A stretch of 64,000 nt of DNA from Phallusia mammillata (GCA_965637545.1 OZ281494.1:6572001-6636000); one strand, 5' to 3'; shown: positions 1-12,942, numbered from the stretch's first letter. Made by a program: numbers and translations. Notes: generated by a model not told the origin, from the sequence alone.

Positions 1-712
1 GATATGTTCTTCCTCGCTTGACATCTTTCTCAAGACATTTGAGAAACCAAAGAAGCCGTTTTAAATGATGTAGAATTCAAGCAGTGTGCTAATTCTACCT
101 TTCAGTCTCTTGACTGGCAGAATAAGACAGCCGGTTTCAGATGCACTTTATTTTCAGTGATTTAAAACGGATTTTTGACCACCATTTTTAAATAGAATCA
201 AAACGTCACAATTACAAACAGTCCAGACAATTTACCTTATATAACATAAAATTATCCACCTCAGCAAAGTTTAATACAACACCACAGACTTAGATACTGC
301 TGAAACAATGACTGGGCTACACGTGCAGAGACAAGAAACCGAGAAAGCAGGACGCACATAAAGTTGGCAGTTATGTCGTCACAATGAACGTATAGGTCAC
401 GGGTTACAACGGCGGGAAAAGTTTTTGCTATTGGGGAGCGTTACTGTCCGTTACAGTAGGTGATAAAACGTTTTTGCAACGGAGTGGAAATTTTGTGGTC
501 GCCAGGATCGCTGTGCCTGCAGCCACGGATGTGGAAATTATTTAGTTGTATAAGTTGTATAAAAGTAAAATAGTTAGAATCCAAATATATACGTTCAGAT
601 AAATGTTTTAATGCTAGCCTATTTGAGAAGGGTTGACAAAAATCATGGATTTTGCTTGTTTCAATAATAACATTGATAACTGTTGCAAAACATCAAATAC
701 ACTTTTTGTCAC

Positions 713-1349
713 CTTGAGTTTGAGTTGTAGTGTTGCTGGGTGGGGTGTCGCAATCAAATATTTGGTATGACATCACAGTCAATGAATGATAAAACACAGT
801 TGTTAAATTTGGTGGCCAAGAAAAAAACAGTTTGTATGCTTTCCCCACATAAGTTATTTTTGTTAAGAACATCTTTGCATAATTCCTTGTCAAAACCTGT
901 TTTCATGTAGACGCGACGCCAAAGACTGTTGGACGCCGAATACTTTCCTTCCATTACAACAAAAATGTAGTTAAATATTTTAACCAAAAGCAAACCACTT
1001 ACCTGGTTGACCAGGCAACCAAAAGTTGAACTCTGAATTTAAGTCGAAAACGACACTTTCCAGAACTTTGAAAAGCAGCAAGCGATTTGGACTGTTGTAG
1101 TGAGTGTCATTTAGCTGCCAGACACACTTGCTCACTTTATTTTTGCCATACCCCGTGCTGTGAACCAGAATGCCTGAACTATCGGAATTAGGGAAAGGAA
1201 TGCAAACGCTTGCTGCCAGCAAAATCAAACCTAGAAAAAAAAAATTTGTCGTTTAGTTTATAATTATATCAAAGTACTGTTTATGTGATAAAGATCTTGT
1301 ATAACTTACCGGCAAATCCTGTCATTAAATGCAGTTTCGTTGTCGACAT
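713..1349 (-). pseudogene. X1: WPP/CUB-like receptor family member, frameshifted; signal and domain exons only, 3' part unresolved toward the window start
   Basis: Exon 1 (1349-1310) MSTTKLHLMTGFA|gtaag; exon 2 (1230-1003) GLILLAASVC..FWLPGQP; exon 3 aligns to X2 only if one base is removed from the A7 run at 821-827. The acceptor aligned to the paralog AG reads GG, with an in-frame AG 3 nt downstream. Confidence 0.8.
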
Positions 1350-2808
1350 ATTTCACCACACGAACACGTATTTTATGCTCGTTACTAATCTAACTAATAC
1401 CGACAATAAGCTCGCATAATCGATAACCTACTACGTGACATATTGCAGGTTTATTCGCCGCATTCTGCTATTGGTTCGCAAGTTAAACGTGTCAACCATA
1501 ATTCATATGCATAAAAGAGGAAGGACAGTGATTCAAGATATTTTGAACTAATCTACATTTGTTTGACCTTTCTTCGATTAAAATCTTATTTTACGGCTAA
1601 TTCAGTCCAATAAAGTCATTTCATCCATATTTTATTTTTGATTCATATTTTTATTTTGGAGAGTAGATCGTTGCGTAAAACAACACAGGAATGTTACTGA
1701 ATAGAAAAAATAATTCAGAGGACTAGCAACAATGTAAATTCTTTGTTCGCTTGGAATTGTTTTATTGTTTCTTTACTCGTACTTTTTTCTGTTGTATAAA
1801 ACACGTATCGGGAAAGATAGTGGTCAAAAAGCAAATAATAAAATTCGAAGTTACATGTTAGGTACGGCTGCAGTAAATGAACACAACAAAACCTGATTGC
1901 AGACCTAGGAATTTCGAAAGCTGACAAAACAATGCAAAACGTCGGGATTAGAAAACGTGATCAAGTATGAGCCCAATTGTCGTTGGACTTCACACAAAGT
2001 CATATCATAATCTAGTGACAACATAATCTTAGTAAAAAAACAGTAAGACAAAGTAAAGAACTTAACACAAAATTTAATACACGTGTTTTACTAAGTTACA
2101 TAGTAGAAGTACTAATCAAAATGAACAGCAAAAGCTGAACCCAAGTCCAGCATTTTTGCACGCAGAAAAATATACAGCGGCATAATTGGTTTTCTTCTTA
2201 ATTAACCGGAGGTTTAATTATCCATGGTTTACAAACTGAAAGATCTCAGATCTAGCCTTAAATGTAACTTACACCTGAGTGTTTGATATAAAGGTTTAAG
2301 GTTGTCTGGAAGGTACATTTAATTGAATTTGCCTTCAATCACTAAAATTACCAACAAACATTCATTTGCTTTTCTGAATTCACGCGTTGTAATAAAACTC
2401 CGAACAATCAGCAGCAGGTTGTTGGTTTGGAGCTAGATATTCTACAATCTCAGCTTGTGGAACGACACCGATGCTCGCGTAATCTGCAATACAGAAGTGT
2501 TAAATAAATATTACGTGACAAACGTCCACAACGATATTGTTACGTGTCGTGTAAAAATTGACAAATTTGTTGTAATGAAAAAGTGCCTTGTGACAAATAG
2601 AGGATATTTTGGTCATTTTTACAATGACATTTTTCTTCATGTTGGTTTGTTATTTTCTTGGAATCAAATTTAAATATGTCATCTATTGTTAATTGCAAAT
2701 GCATGAAAATAATGTGTATACGGATTGGAGTAGTAGGCATTCCATGTCCCCAATAACGGCGATTGGACAAAATGTTACCCAATAATCTTAGTTCCATGCA
2801 AATTTTAC

Positions 2809-4771
2809 TTATTGGCCTAGATGCGCCACTGAGCATAAATTACAGTCAAAAAAACTAATGCGTAAACTAAATAAGATCCTCACCGTGTTGTAAGTTGGAA
2901 GACTTTGTCACGTGTTCAGCCGAAGAAGTAGGCTGATGCTTTTCTTGTAGCTTGTCTTGATTTGAGAACTGCACTGTTGCAGCGGTCCTAAACACATTAG
3001 TATGCATTTGCAAACTTGTTATATATACGTGTTTGGATGTGTAAACGGATTGGTAATGTTAAATAAAAAACATGTCAGTGGTTTCACAACTGTCGTGGTC
3101 GTTGGTAGAACAATTTCAAGTACATGCCAATCGCTTTACCAACACACATACATGTATACAATACAAATGTATACAATAAAGGAACATTTGAAACATTTAG
3201 CAAATAGTTGTAAATATCAATAAGGAACCTCATCATATGGTTATGACGACGTTTTTGCAGCAAAGAAATGATGAGCAGTAGGCAGAATATCACCAGAACA
3301 ATAGTCGCAGTTACAATAGCGATCATTTCAGTCAGTGAAAAAGCTGGAAAAAAAGGTAAGTTATAATAATGGTAAATTAAATTTTTGCTTGGCACACCAA
3401 AACACTGTAGGAAAACATAAATCCAACTTCTAAACTCAGTTATTGATATGTTTAGATCTTTCGAATCGTATGTTGCAAATCTATGGGAAATAGTTTTCAT
3501 CCAAAAAATAACATTTGTATACTAGTATCAAGAATATATAATTGATCAATGTAAACATGTAGCATAAAAAATGGTTTGATTTTCAATATCTACCTTTTAG
3601 CAATCCTTTAGATGTTGTTTCTATCACAGTTCGGTTAATTATACCGACCGGTGATATCATTGCAAAATTGGATGACTGTGAAGATGAAGGGTAGATGATA
3701 GAGGAATCGATTTGTAAAATTGAAGAACTTGTGGCTATTGTCGTCAATTGTGTTTTCACTTTTGCTGTTGTTGTGGTTCTTGCTGTTGTTGTTGATGTTG
3801 TTGTATCTTTCGACTTATTTGTACGTAAAATGAGTGGAGTCTTCATCGTCGTTGCTTTTGTTGCTGTTGTCTCTTTCGGTTTGTTTGTGTTAAAAATCGC
3901 TGATGTTGTGGTCGTTTTGGTTGTTGCAATTTTTGTCAACTTCTTTTCCGCATGCACTGCATTCGCAGATATTAAAGATAAATAACGACAAACAAATTAG
4001 TTGGTTTTAGGTAACTTAGGTAACGAAGACCTAATTTAATCTATTAAATTTCATACTGATAATATTAATAGTTTGCAAAGCGATTCAAAAATGTTAAATG
4101 TATTTTATGTGGTTACCTTTAGATCGAGTTGCATTGTTCTCAAATTTTGTGGAACAGTCAAATATTTGGTATGACATCACAGCAAAAGAGTGATAAAACA
4201 CAGTTGTTAGAGTTGGTGGCCAAGTAAATAATGTTTTCATATTTTTCCCGCACAAATTATTTTTGTTGAGGATATCTGTGCATAGCTCTTTGTTGGAACC
4301 AGATTTCAAGTAGGCGCGGCACAAATGACTGTTAGACGCCGAATACTTTTTAGCTATTAGAGCAACAAAATAGTTATTTTTGAGTATTGTGAAACAAAAC
4401 AATCCTTGCTTACCTTGCTCATCCGGCAACCAAAACTGGAACTCAGATTTTAAACTGAAAACGACAGTTTCAATAACTTTGAAAACCATCAAGCGGTTTG
4501 AACTGTTGTGGTGCGTGTCATTGAGCTGCCAGACACACTTGCTCACTGCGTTTTTGCCATACCCTGTGCTGTGAACCAGGATGCCTGATGTTTCGGAATT
4601 AGGAAGAGGAATGCAAACACTCGCTGCCAATGAAAATAAGCCTGAAACAAAAAATGGTTGGGATGCATTGTTTTATGTCGATCAGATTATAGTAATGTCA
4701 ACCTACTAAATTATGAACTGATATTGCTTACCGGCAAATCCTGTCACTAAAATCAGTTTTATTGCCAACAT
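2809..4771 (-). CDS. X2: single-pass receptor, CUB-like WPP domain + Thr-rich mucin stalk + TM; apparently intact, last exon uncertain
   Basis: ATG 4771 MLAIKLILVTGFA|; domain exons lie within ORF 4094-4630; Thr-rich exon ORF 3583-3957; TM exon AFSLTEMIAIVTATIVLVIFCLLLIISLLQKRR; cytoplasmic exon 2987-2884 in matching phase 2. Confidence 0.8.
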
Positions 4772-6118
4772 TTTTTTACCGCACGAACACGTATTTTGTG
4801 TTCTTGACCAACCCTTTGCAAATAGATGCGTTTTGCTCTTGGCCAAACCCTTGCAAACTAAACAAAGTTGATGAATTTGAAGATTATATGTTGCGGGATT
4901 TTGCTCCCACATTCGACTATTGTTTTATAAGTTGAGTCAAAGTGTGATCCATATTAATGTGCATAAAGGTGGAAGGACATTCGGTCATGATATTTTTAAC
5001 CAAGCTTCCTTTTTGGTTGACCTGTACCAGCTGATAAACTCACTTTTTTCAAAAATCTATATTTCCGGCTATTATAATCAACTCCAAATTATTTGATTCA
5101 TGCTTCTACTTTGGTGAGAGAATTATGAATTTTGATTAAATAAAGCAACAATCTCACTTCAATTGTGGTCTGATTAAATTAGCGAAGGCTCAACACAAGA
5201 CGATGTGGCAGTCAAAAAACAGATTGATGCATATTTTTTCTTGCTGAACTTTGTTTTGAAGCTTCTTTGCCTTTTGCAGGTTCATTCTCCCTTTGTAATG
5301 TTCTGCATGGGAGATCACATGTGTGAAATGAAAAGTTAAGTGAAAGTTTTACATTTCGAACCAAGTGGTAAATTACGCATGATGGTTTTCACTTTAGTGA
5401 AACATACATTTTTATCCTAAATCGTAGTTCTTAATATTGTCGGCGTCTTATCATTTATTGGCTTTATGCTTTTACTTTTCTAACCAGGTTTTTCTAATTT
5501 TTAGATGCAAAGTGGTTAGGCTTGATAACGTCAAAGCCGGTTCGGACACGAATGAAATACATCGAAAAATCAAAAAACTCCTGTTTTTGACTTTAAATCA
5601 AATATTAACAGTTTAGATTTACCAAAATTAAAGCTGCGTATTTAAAAATCAACAACAGATTGCAGGCGATTACAATGATAAACAATATATCAGTAACGGT
5701 ATTTCTTGTAGTATTTATATTTAGCCTTGTTGACAATTCTTCAGACTTTTCTGATATTTTTATCGCACATAAGTTTTTTTTATGACGCATTGTATGAACA
5801 TGGTGATTCTCATGATGTTTGGTCTGGAAGTGTTGGCTGATATTTTTACAATGTTTATGCGTGGCATATAAACTTGAACTTAACATTCAGCGCAATAATG
5901 TTTCGACACGTGACCACTTGTTCGTCATAAAATCGCACCGTGGAATTTACTTATTTAAATTTTAGCTTACTCAATAAAACAATAACACTTTAAAACAGGA
6001 TGTTGTAGGCGAAAATATTCCCTGGTGTGCATTCTTGTGTCGGCATCGTATGGGTTTGAGGGTTGGGTTTTCTGTAAGCGTAGTTTGTCACCTGAACTGT
6101 TGTTACTTTGCTTTTTAA

Positions 6119-7384
6119 ATGTCTTCTCGTTATGTACACGTGTTTCTGGCAGTTGGACTGGCCAGTAAGTCGCGTTTATTTTAAGATGCTTTTAGTAAGG
6201 CTAATCTTACTGGATATGCACTTCTTAAATATTGACAAATATTTTCTGTTTTTACAGCTTCGTTGGGTTTGACAGCAAGCTATTGCCTTCATCTGCCAAT
6301 TCCAAACACTTCAGGTTATTTGGCTCACAGTACAGCGGTGTGAGTGGAAGTTTAACGATTCTCTTCAAGCCAACAGTGGATGTCGTATGATAATTTTCAA
6401 AGTTTTGGAAACTGCGTTTTTCGATCTTAAATCTAAGTTTATATTTAGATTGCCCGACAAACCAGGTAAAGGTTACAGCGTTTTTTCAGTGATCGTTGTA
6501 TAATGCATTGAAACTATATCTGTATGTGTAAGATGTTGATGCCTCATGTTCAAGGAGTGGATGGTGTCGGATTTACGTCAAAGTCGGTTCAGATATGACT
6601 CAATGCAAACGCTTGATAAGTGAAACAAACTTGTGCAATGATGGCATCAAAACTTCATTGATGTGGCCACCTGTTATCACCACAAGATTTTACAAGAGTT
6701 CAGCGGTGATGTCATATCAGTTTGTAGACTGTGACTCCAGTTCAATGTCAGGTACTGCTGTGTGTTTGGAACACAATATAGCTTAAAATTAGTCTGGTTA
6801 AAATTACAGGCATTTCTTCTACAGAAACCCCGACAGACCAAACTTCGACCCAATCGTCAGCACGATGTGATAGGCCTAATAATTTTGAAGGTAATCCAAC
6901 ACAACAACGCAGTAAATAAGTCATTGCTTCATGTAAAATGTCTCTTTTATTTGCAATCGAGAGTAGTTTAAGGTTGGATTCGGCAATGTACCGGCCGCAA
7001 ATTAAAATGAACTTTACAAAACCAGCACTAACTTGTTTTGTTGTTCTTTAGAGCCTTCCACGTGTTCATGCTCATCAATTCTACTGGGGCTGGTCGTGGT
7101 TATTTCCATTTTACTTTCAATTGCTGGGACAGGATTGCTGTTCATGGTTTTCAAATCTAGGTGAAACCGAAGAAAAAAAGATGTATTTTGCGGTTATGAG
7201 ATATTTCCTTTATTTCAGACGATTACAAAAGCCACAGAGAAGTTTCAATGAAGTCTACAGCATCGCCGATACGTTGCCAGCTATTTCTAATGGAGTCAGA
7301 ACAGGCGAAATCAAAGTTATTTACGTACCCGCCGATCCATCAACTGATAACAAAGTTGTTTATAATGATTTGTACAAGTTGTGA
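6119..7384 (+). pseudogene. X3: WPP-family receptor with C-terminal ITIM, frameshifted in exon 2
   Basis: Exon 1 MSSRYVHVFLAVGLA|gtaag. Exon 2 has only 7 nt (vs 30 in X8) between HS and CEW, which shifts the frame. The WPP exon, stalk exon, TM exon (ILLGLVVVISILLSIAGTGLLFMVF) and tail ending KVVYNDLYKL* are otherwise open. Confidence 0.85.
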
Positions 7385-7968
7385 ACTTTCGAATTTTGTC
7401 TATTGTGGTAATTTTCGTTTCGGACATGGAGAAAATTGTGGTAAATTTCGTGAATAGTTTTGTTGTTTAGGTCTTTGGTCAAATCGTTTCAATATGGTGT
7501 AGCCTTGACTTTTCCCGCTCGGACAAACAAAAAGATTTTCATGATCATTATAGCTTGGTTTGTGTTAATTTGTTTTGGCATCAAGTTGACCTTAATACAA
7601 ACCCACACGTGGAATTTCTTTTTGTGTTACTTACTTTAGAGTGAGACAAGCACTAGGCAAAGTATTTAATCAACTCACCTAAAATATCATATTGTTAAAG
7701 ACATCATAGGTCAAACCACTTCCAAATCGTCTATTGAAAGACCAATAGGTCATTTGCACCTATATAGCAGGTTTTGCATACATTTATTACACAATGGTGA
7801 CCGTGAATATTTCGAGCATCGAATTTGCATGACTATTAGGATGAACTCCAAAAAAGTCAACCCCTATGCAAAAATGGTTAATTTTAACTGACTGGCAAAT
7901 AGTGATGAACGTTTTAAGTGCAGAGAGATTTCCTTTGTGGTCTGTTTAGCTATATCCCGACAAAATTA

Positions 7969-8625
7969 ATGTTGCTACTGTTTCTATTTCCTCCACTAAT
8001 TTCAGGTTTGTAGAGTTAAAGGTTTGTTTTTCAAGACGTAAGCTTAGAAAATAAAAAGTCCATGCGTAATGCCGTTTGTAAAAGTATAGCATGCTATACT
8101 TATTATGCACAATAAGTCTGCAATTGCAAAAAGTACAATAAAATTTGAAGTTTGTGATAATGTCATGTGTAAATGATTTGTATAAGCATAAGACTCTGCT
8201 GATACCATACTCAAATAAACATACATTTGGTCTGTGTGTGTAGCAATAATTTCTGCAGACAATTTATCAATCACAGTATTTGGTTCTAATGGCCTATGGG
8301 ATCGTAAACTTATCCAAGGACCATTTTAAGCAATAAAACATGAACCCAAATCTTTATTATTCAGCAACTTGCTGTTTGTTCTTGTATAAATCCTATGTTC
8401 ACATTGCAGTGTTCTGTATCAGCTATGCGGAAGGAACAAACTGCACGATTGTTGAAGATACCTTTAACGGAACAACAAGGTATATCTACATCGGCGCTGA
8501 CAGCTTGGAAACTTGCGAATGGATTTTTAATGGCACATACCGCACAGACGTTGTCTTTGCATTGACGCTTTTCGAACATGAAGCACTGAACGGACAGCAA
8601 GGAGAAGTGTTTACTTTGCCAAGTG
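7969..8625 (+). pseudogene. X4: divergent family member truncated after the first domain exon
   Basis: Exon 1 MLLLFLFPPLIS|gt; exon 2 VFCISYAEGTNC...CEW...FTLPS|gtgag. The WPP exon present in paralog X9 (20409-20722) is missing because about 780 bp are absent near 9030. Confidence 0.75.
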
Positions 8626-9743
8626 GTGAGTTTGGCTGTTTAAAATTTGAATTGTGGTTTGTATTGAAAGCGTCAAATCAAACAAGACGTTTTCAAGTAG
8701 GCACGCTGTTGTCAATGATAACGGAACTTAACTTGTATTTCAGCAAAATATTGTTGCAGTTAAATAGTTTTGAAATATGTTTGTAAAAAATGATTTTTTG
8801 TCACATCAACTCGTCATCAATACAAAACGTAATATGCTGCTTTAGGCGCGTTACAGTAAATTATTATCTGACAGACGAGCTGAGTGTAATCTATAATTAC
8901 ATTTTTGTGGTGTGGTGTGTTTCATTGCATGTGTTTTACATCGTTTTTAGAAGTTTTCAAAGGACGGTAAAGTATCAATACTAAAATTACATTTGTCAGA
9001 AGAACTTTACAAAACGGCGGTAACAGTTAAATTACAAGAACTGCAAATGTACACTGTAGTTGTCTTTATTTGATCCGTTGCCAAAAAATATGTCAAGTAC
9101 TTTCCTGTCAATACAAGTAATTGTCATGGTAACAGTTAAACTCTCACGACATTCAATTTTATAATACCCGTTTCAGGAAAAAAATCAAACATCACGAGAC
9201 AAATTGTACTGTGTGTTTTAAATTGTGTTTAACGTCTGCACTAAACGTTTACTCGCATGCTTTCCTGCGTAGTACTGTACAATAAACTATTTGCATTTGT
9301 GGTCCATACTTTGGTACAGAAAAGAGAAACAAAAACAAATATAGTAGTTGGCTTAGCATTATTAGATTAAAATAGTTGGCTTAGCATTATTAGATTAAAG
9401 ATGAACTTGACATTTACAACATAAACAATGCACGTCTATTTACACGTAAACGTGACGTCAGGACGTCAGGAACCTTCTGCGCTGTTATGTGTGTGAGGAA
9501 CTTGCTGTAACAAATTACGGGAAGTGATACTGAACCATGAAACAGATTTTCAATAATCGGGCCTGCAAGCGTCAAGTCTATTATGAGTTTTCCGAACTAT
9601 CGTTATGTTGTAATAAACAACGAAAACCACGTGCAATAGTAAGGGTAAGGGGAGAGTATGAACATATATGTTCAGCCATGCGCAAGTTATTGTCACATGT
9701 TGTGCTTACGCAAACCGTTTCCGCAAAAACATCCCAAGTTAAA

Positions 9744-12283
9744 CCAACACACATGCATGTATACAATACAAATGTATACAATAAAGGAACATTTGAAACA
9801 TTTAGTAAATAGTTGTAAATATCAATAAGGAATCTCATCATATGGTTATGACGACGTTTTTGCAGCAAAGAAATGGTGAGCAGTAGGCAGAATATCACCA
9901 GAACAATAGTCGCAGTTACAATAGCGATCATTTCAGTCAGTGAAAAAGCTGGAAAAAAAGGTAAGTTATAATAATGGTAAATTAAATTTTTGCTTGGCAC
10001 ACCAAAACACTGTAGGAAAACATAAATCCAACTTCTAAACTCAGTTATTGATATGTTTAGATCTTTCGAATCGTATGTTGCAAATCTATGGGAAATAGTT
10101 TTCATCCAAAAAATAACATTTGTATACTAGTATCAAGAATATATAATTGATCAATGTAAACATGTAGCATAAAATAATGGGTTGATTTTCAATATCTACC
10201 TTTTAGCAATCCTTTAGATGTTGTTTCTATCACAGTTCGGTTAATTATACCAACCGGTGAAGTCATTGCAAAATTGGATGACTGTGAAGATGAAGGGTAG
10301 GTGATAGAGCAGGGGTGGGCAACATACGGCCCGCGACGGGATTTTGAGCGGCCCGCGGACAGTTTTCGGTCTTACATGATAATGTGGCCCGCGGCCACAG
10401 TCTGCCGCAACCCCCATTACTTGCTTACTACGTCAAATTACAGTTGTAACGCTCCCCAATAGCAAGTTTTCCCGCCGTTGTTACCATTGCACCATACGTC
10501 CATTGTTACGACATAACTACCAACCTTGTGTGTGTCCTACTTTAACGGTTTTCTTTGTTTTCACACGTATAGCCTAGTTCAGTGGTTCCCAACCATTTTA
10601 TGTCGCGACCCAAATACTTCTCAAAATTTGGTTTTGTGGATTATTGCGAACCATAAACATATATTCTTACTATTTCTTACTATTACGAATAATATTCGTT
10701 TATTTTTAACCAACTTAGAGCTGGCTCAAAGCATTATCAGCCAGACAACGCTTAACAGTGATCTCACACAAACATTATAACGTCACAATCAGAATTAACC
10801 ACTACCACGCCAAATTGTCATGAAATGATTATTGGGCAACAATTTATAGCCTTGGGGAAATAATAAAAAAAAATAAAAAAAAAATATAGCAAAACGACCA
10901 TTCTGTAAGTCAAAATGTTTGAACATCACTGCCCTTGGCCTGGGAAATAGTCTATGCGGCCTACACGAGTGTCGATAAATCGTTTGGTAGCTTTTATAAA
11001 CAAAAAGGTTCCCCACCCCTGCTTTAGGTGGTCAAAAATCCGTTTTAAATCACGGGATAAATACGCGATGTATGTATCGATTCAGGAATCCGGCCCGCCA
11101 AGTACTTCATTTTCCCATATCAGGCCCGCCGACTGGAGAAGTTGCCCGCCCCTGTGATAGAGGAATCGATTTGTAAAATTGAAGAACTTGTGGCTATTGT
11201 CGTCGATTGTGTTTTCACTTTTGCTGTTGTTGTGGTTGTTGCTGTTGTTGTTGATGTTGTTGTATCTTTCGACTTGTTTGTACGTAAAATGAGTGGAGTC
11301 TTCGTCGTCGTTGCTTTTGTTGCTATTGTCTCTTTCGGTTTGTTTGTGTTAAAAATCAATGATGTTGTGGTCGTTTCGGTTGTTGCAATTTTTGTCAACT
11401 TCTTTTCCGCATGCACTGCAATTGCAGTTATTAAAGATAAATAACGATAAACAAATTAGTTGGTTTCAGGTAACTTCAATAATATCGGCACGCAATGCTT
11501 TCGTTGAAGACCAAATTTAATCTAGTAAATTTCACCCTGATAATATGAATAGTTTGCAAAGCGATTCAAAAATGTTAAATGTATTTTATGTGGTTACCTT
11601 TAAATCGAGTGGCGTTGTTCTCCAATTTTGTGGAACAGTCAAAAATTTGGTATGACATCACAATAAAAGAGTGATAAAACACAGTTGTTAAAGTTGGTGG
11701 CCAAGTAGACAATGTTTTCATATTTTTCCCGCATAAATTATTTTTAGTGAGAACATCTATGCATAGCTCGTTTTTGGAACCAGATTTTGAGTAGGCGCGG
11801 CACCAACGACTGTTAGACGCCGAGAACTTTTTAGCTATTAGACTTAGAGCAACAAAACAGTTATTTTTGAGTATTGTGAAACAAAACAATCCTTGCTTAC
11901 ATTGCTCTTCCGGCAACCAAAACTTAAACTCAGATTTCAAACTGAAAACGACCGTTTCAAGAACTTTGAAAACCATCAAGCGGTTTGATCTGTTGTTGTG
12001 TTGAGTGTCATTAAGCTGCCAGACACACTTGCTCACTGCATGTCTGCCATACCCGGTGCTGTGAACCAAAATGCCTGAAGAATCGGAATTAGGAAGAGAA
12101 ATGCAAACGCTTGCTACCAATGAAAACAAGCCTGAAAAAATCAATCGCTGGGATGCATTCAGACTATTGTTTTGTCAAAGTACTATTGTTTATTAAAGTA
12201 CTTATTTTACTATTGTCCATAGAGTAGTAATTAGATTACTTACCGGCACATCCTGTTACAAAAAGAAGTTTCTTTGCCGACAT
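9744..12283 (-). pseudogene. X5: recent paralog of X2, disrupted by a hAT MITE in the Thr-rich exon and cut off after the TM exon by the duplication junction
   Basis: ATG 12283 MSAKKLLFVTGCA|; domain ORF 11575-12144; MITE at 10310-11154 gives SSITGAGNFSSRRA*; the cytoplasmic exons seen in X2 are absent. Confidence 0.85.
10310..11154. mobile_element. hAT (Charlie-like) non-autonomous element / MITE, 845 bp
   Basis: TIRs CAGGGGTGGGCAAC / GTTGCCCGCCCCTG (13/14); perfect 8-bp TSD TGATAGAG at 10302-10309 and 11155-11162; single TGATAGAG at the empty site in X2 (about 3696). A second hAT-type end, CAGTGGTTCCCAAC, is nested at 10580. Confidence 0.95.
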
Positions 12284-12942
12284 TTTTTACCGTACAAACA
12301 CGTATTGTGTGTTCTTGACCAATCCTTCGCAAACTGATGCGTTTCGCGCTTGACCAACCTCTGCAAACTGACCATAGTTGATGAACTTAAAGATTATATA
12401 TTGCAGGATTTAGATCCCACATTTTACTATTGTTTTATAACTTGAGATTAAGTGTCATCCATATTAATGTGCATAAAGGTGGAAGGAAATAAAGTCAAGA
12501 TAATGTTAACTAAGCTTCCCCTCTTTGGTTGACATATTCCAGCTTATAAAATCTATGTTTTTTGGGCGAGCAGAATTGTGGTTAAACATAGCAGCAATCT
12601 CCCTAACATTATAATCTGTTCCGAGTAAATGAGCTAAGTCGTCACACAAACTTAATTGGTGCAAGACTATGTGACGATTGGAAAATTCTTTTGTGCATAT
12701 TTTTCTTGCCCGCCTTTAAATTGAAGCTTCTTTGCCTTTAGCAGGTTTTGCCCCCCTCTGCAATGTTCGGAATGGGGATCACAGGTGTAGGTGAAAGTTT
12801 TACATTTTGAACCAAGTAGTGAATTTCTAATGCTGGATTTCATATTAGTGGAAACTACATTTTATCCTTAATCTGAGTTGTTACTTTAATGGCGTGATTA
12901 ACCGGGTGAATTGTGTTGCTTTGTATATTGTTTCTAATCATA

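Larger units (their letters stand above)
3138..9743. repeat. Segmental duplication unit 1 (paralogous to 9743-21808)
   Basis: 3138-3690 matches 9744-10300 almost base for base, and about 9050-9743 matches about 21110-21808. Gene order X2/X3/X4 mirrors X5/X6(X7)X8/X9. Confidence 0.9.

Noticed and set aside
3695-3985. Val-rich hydrophobic ORFs on the strand opposite Thr-rich exons (also 11142-11444 and 23715-24038)
   Set aside because: They are antisense shadows of ACN-rich mucin-stalk codons and have no independent splice or start context.
5900-5935. TGTTTCGAC motif resembling the hammerhead GAAAC end (similar at about 36570 and 37270)
   Set aside because: There is no CUGANGA core or stem II at the required spacing.
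9345-9400. 28-bp direct repeat pair (also about 21416-21472) as a possible CRISPR-like array
   Set aside because: There are only two adjacent units with no spacers, in a eukaryotic context; this is a simple tandem duplication.
9537-9812. ORFs repeated at 21602-21868 and 21646-21894
   Set aside because: Their conservation is explained by the recent segmental duplication. No recognisable domain or consistent exon structure was found.
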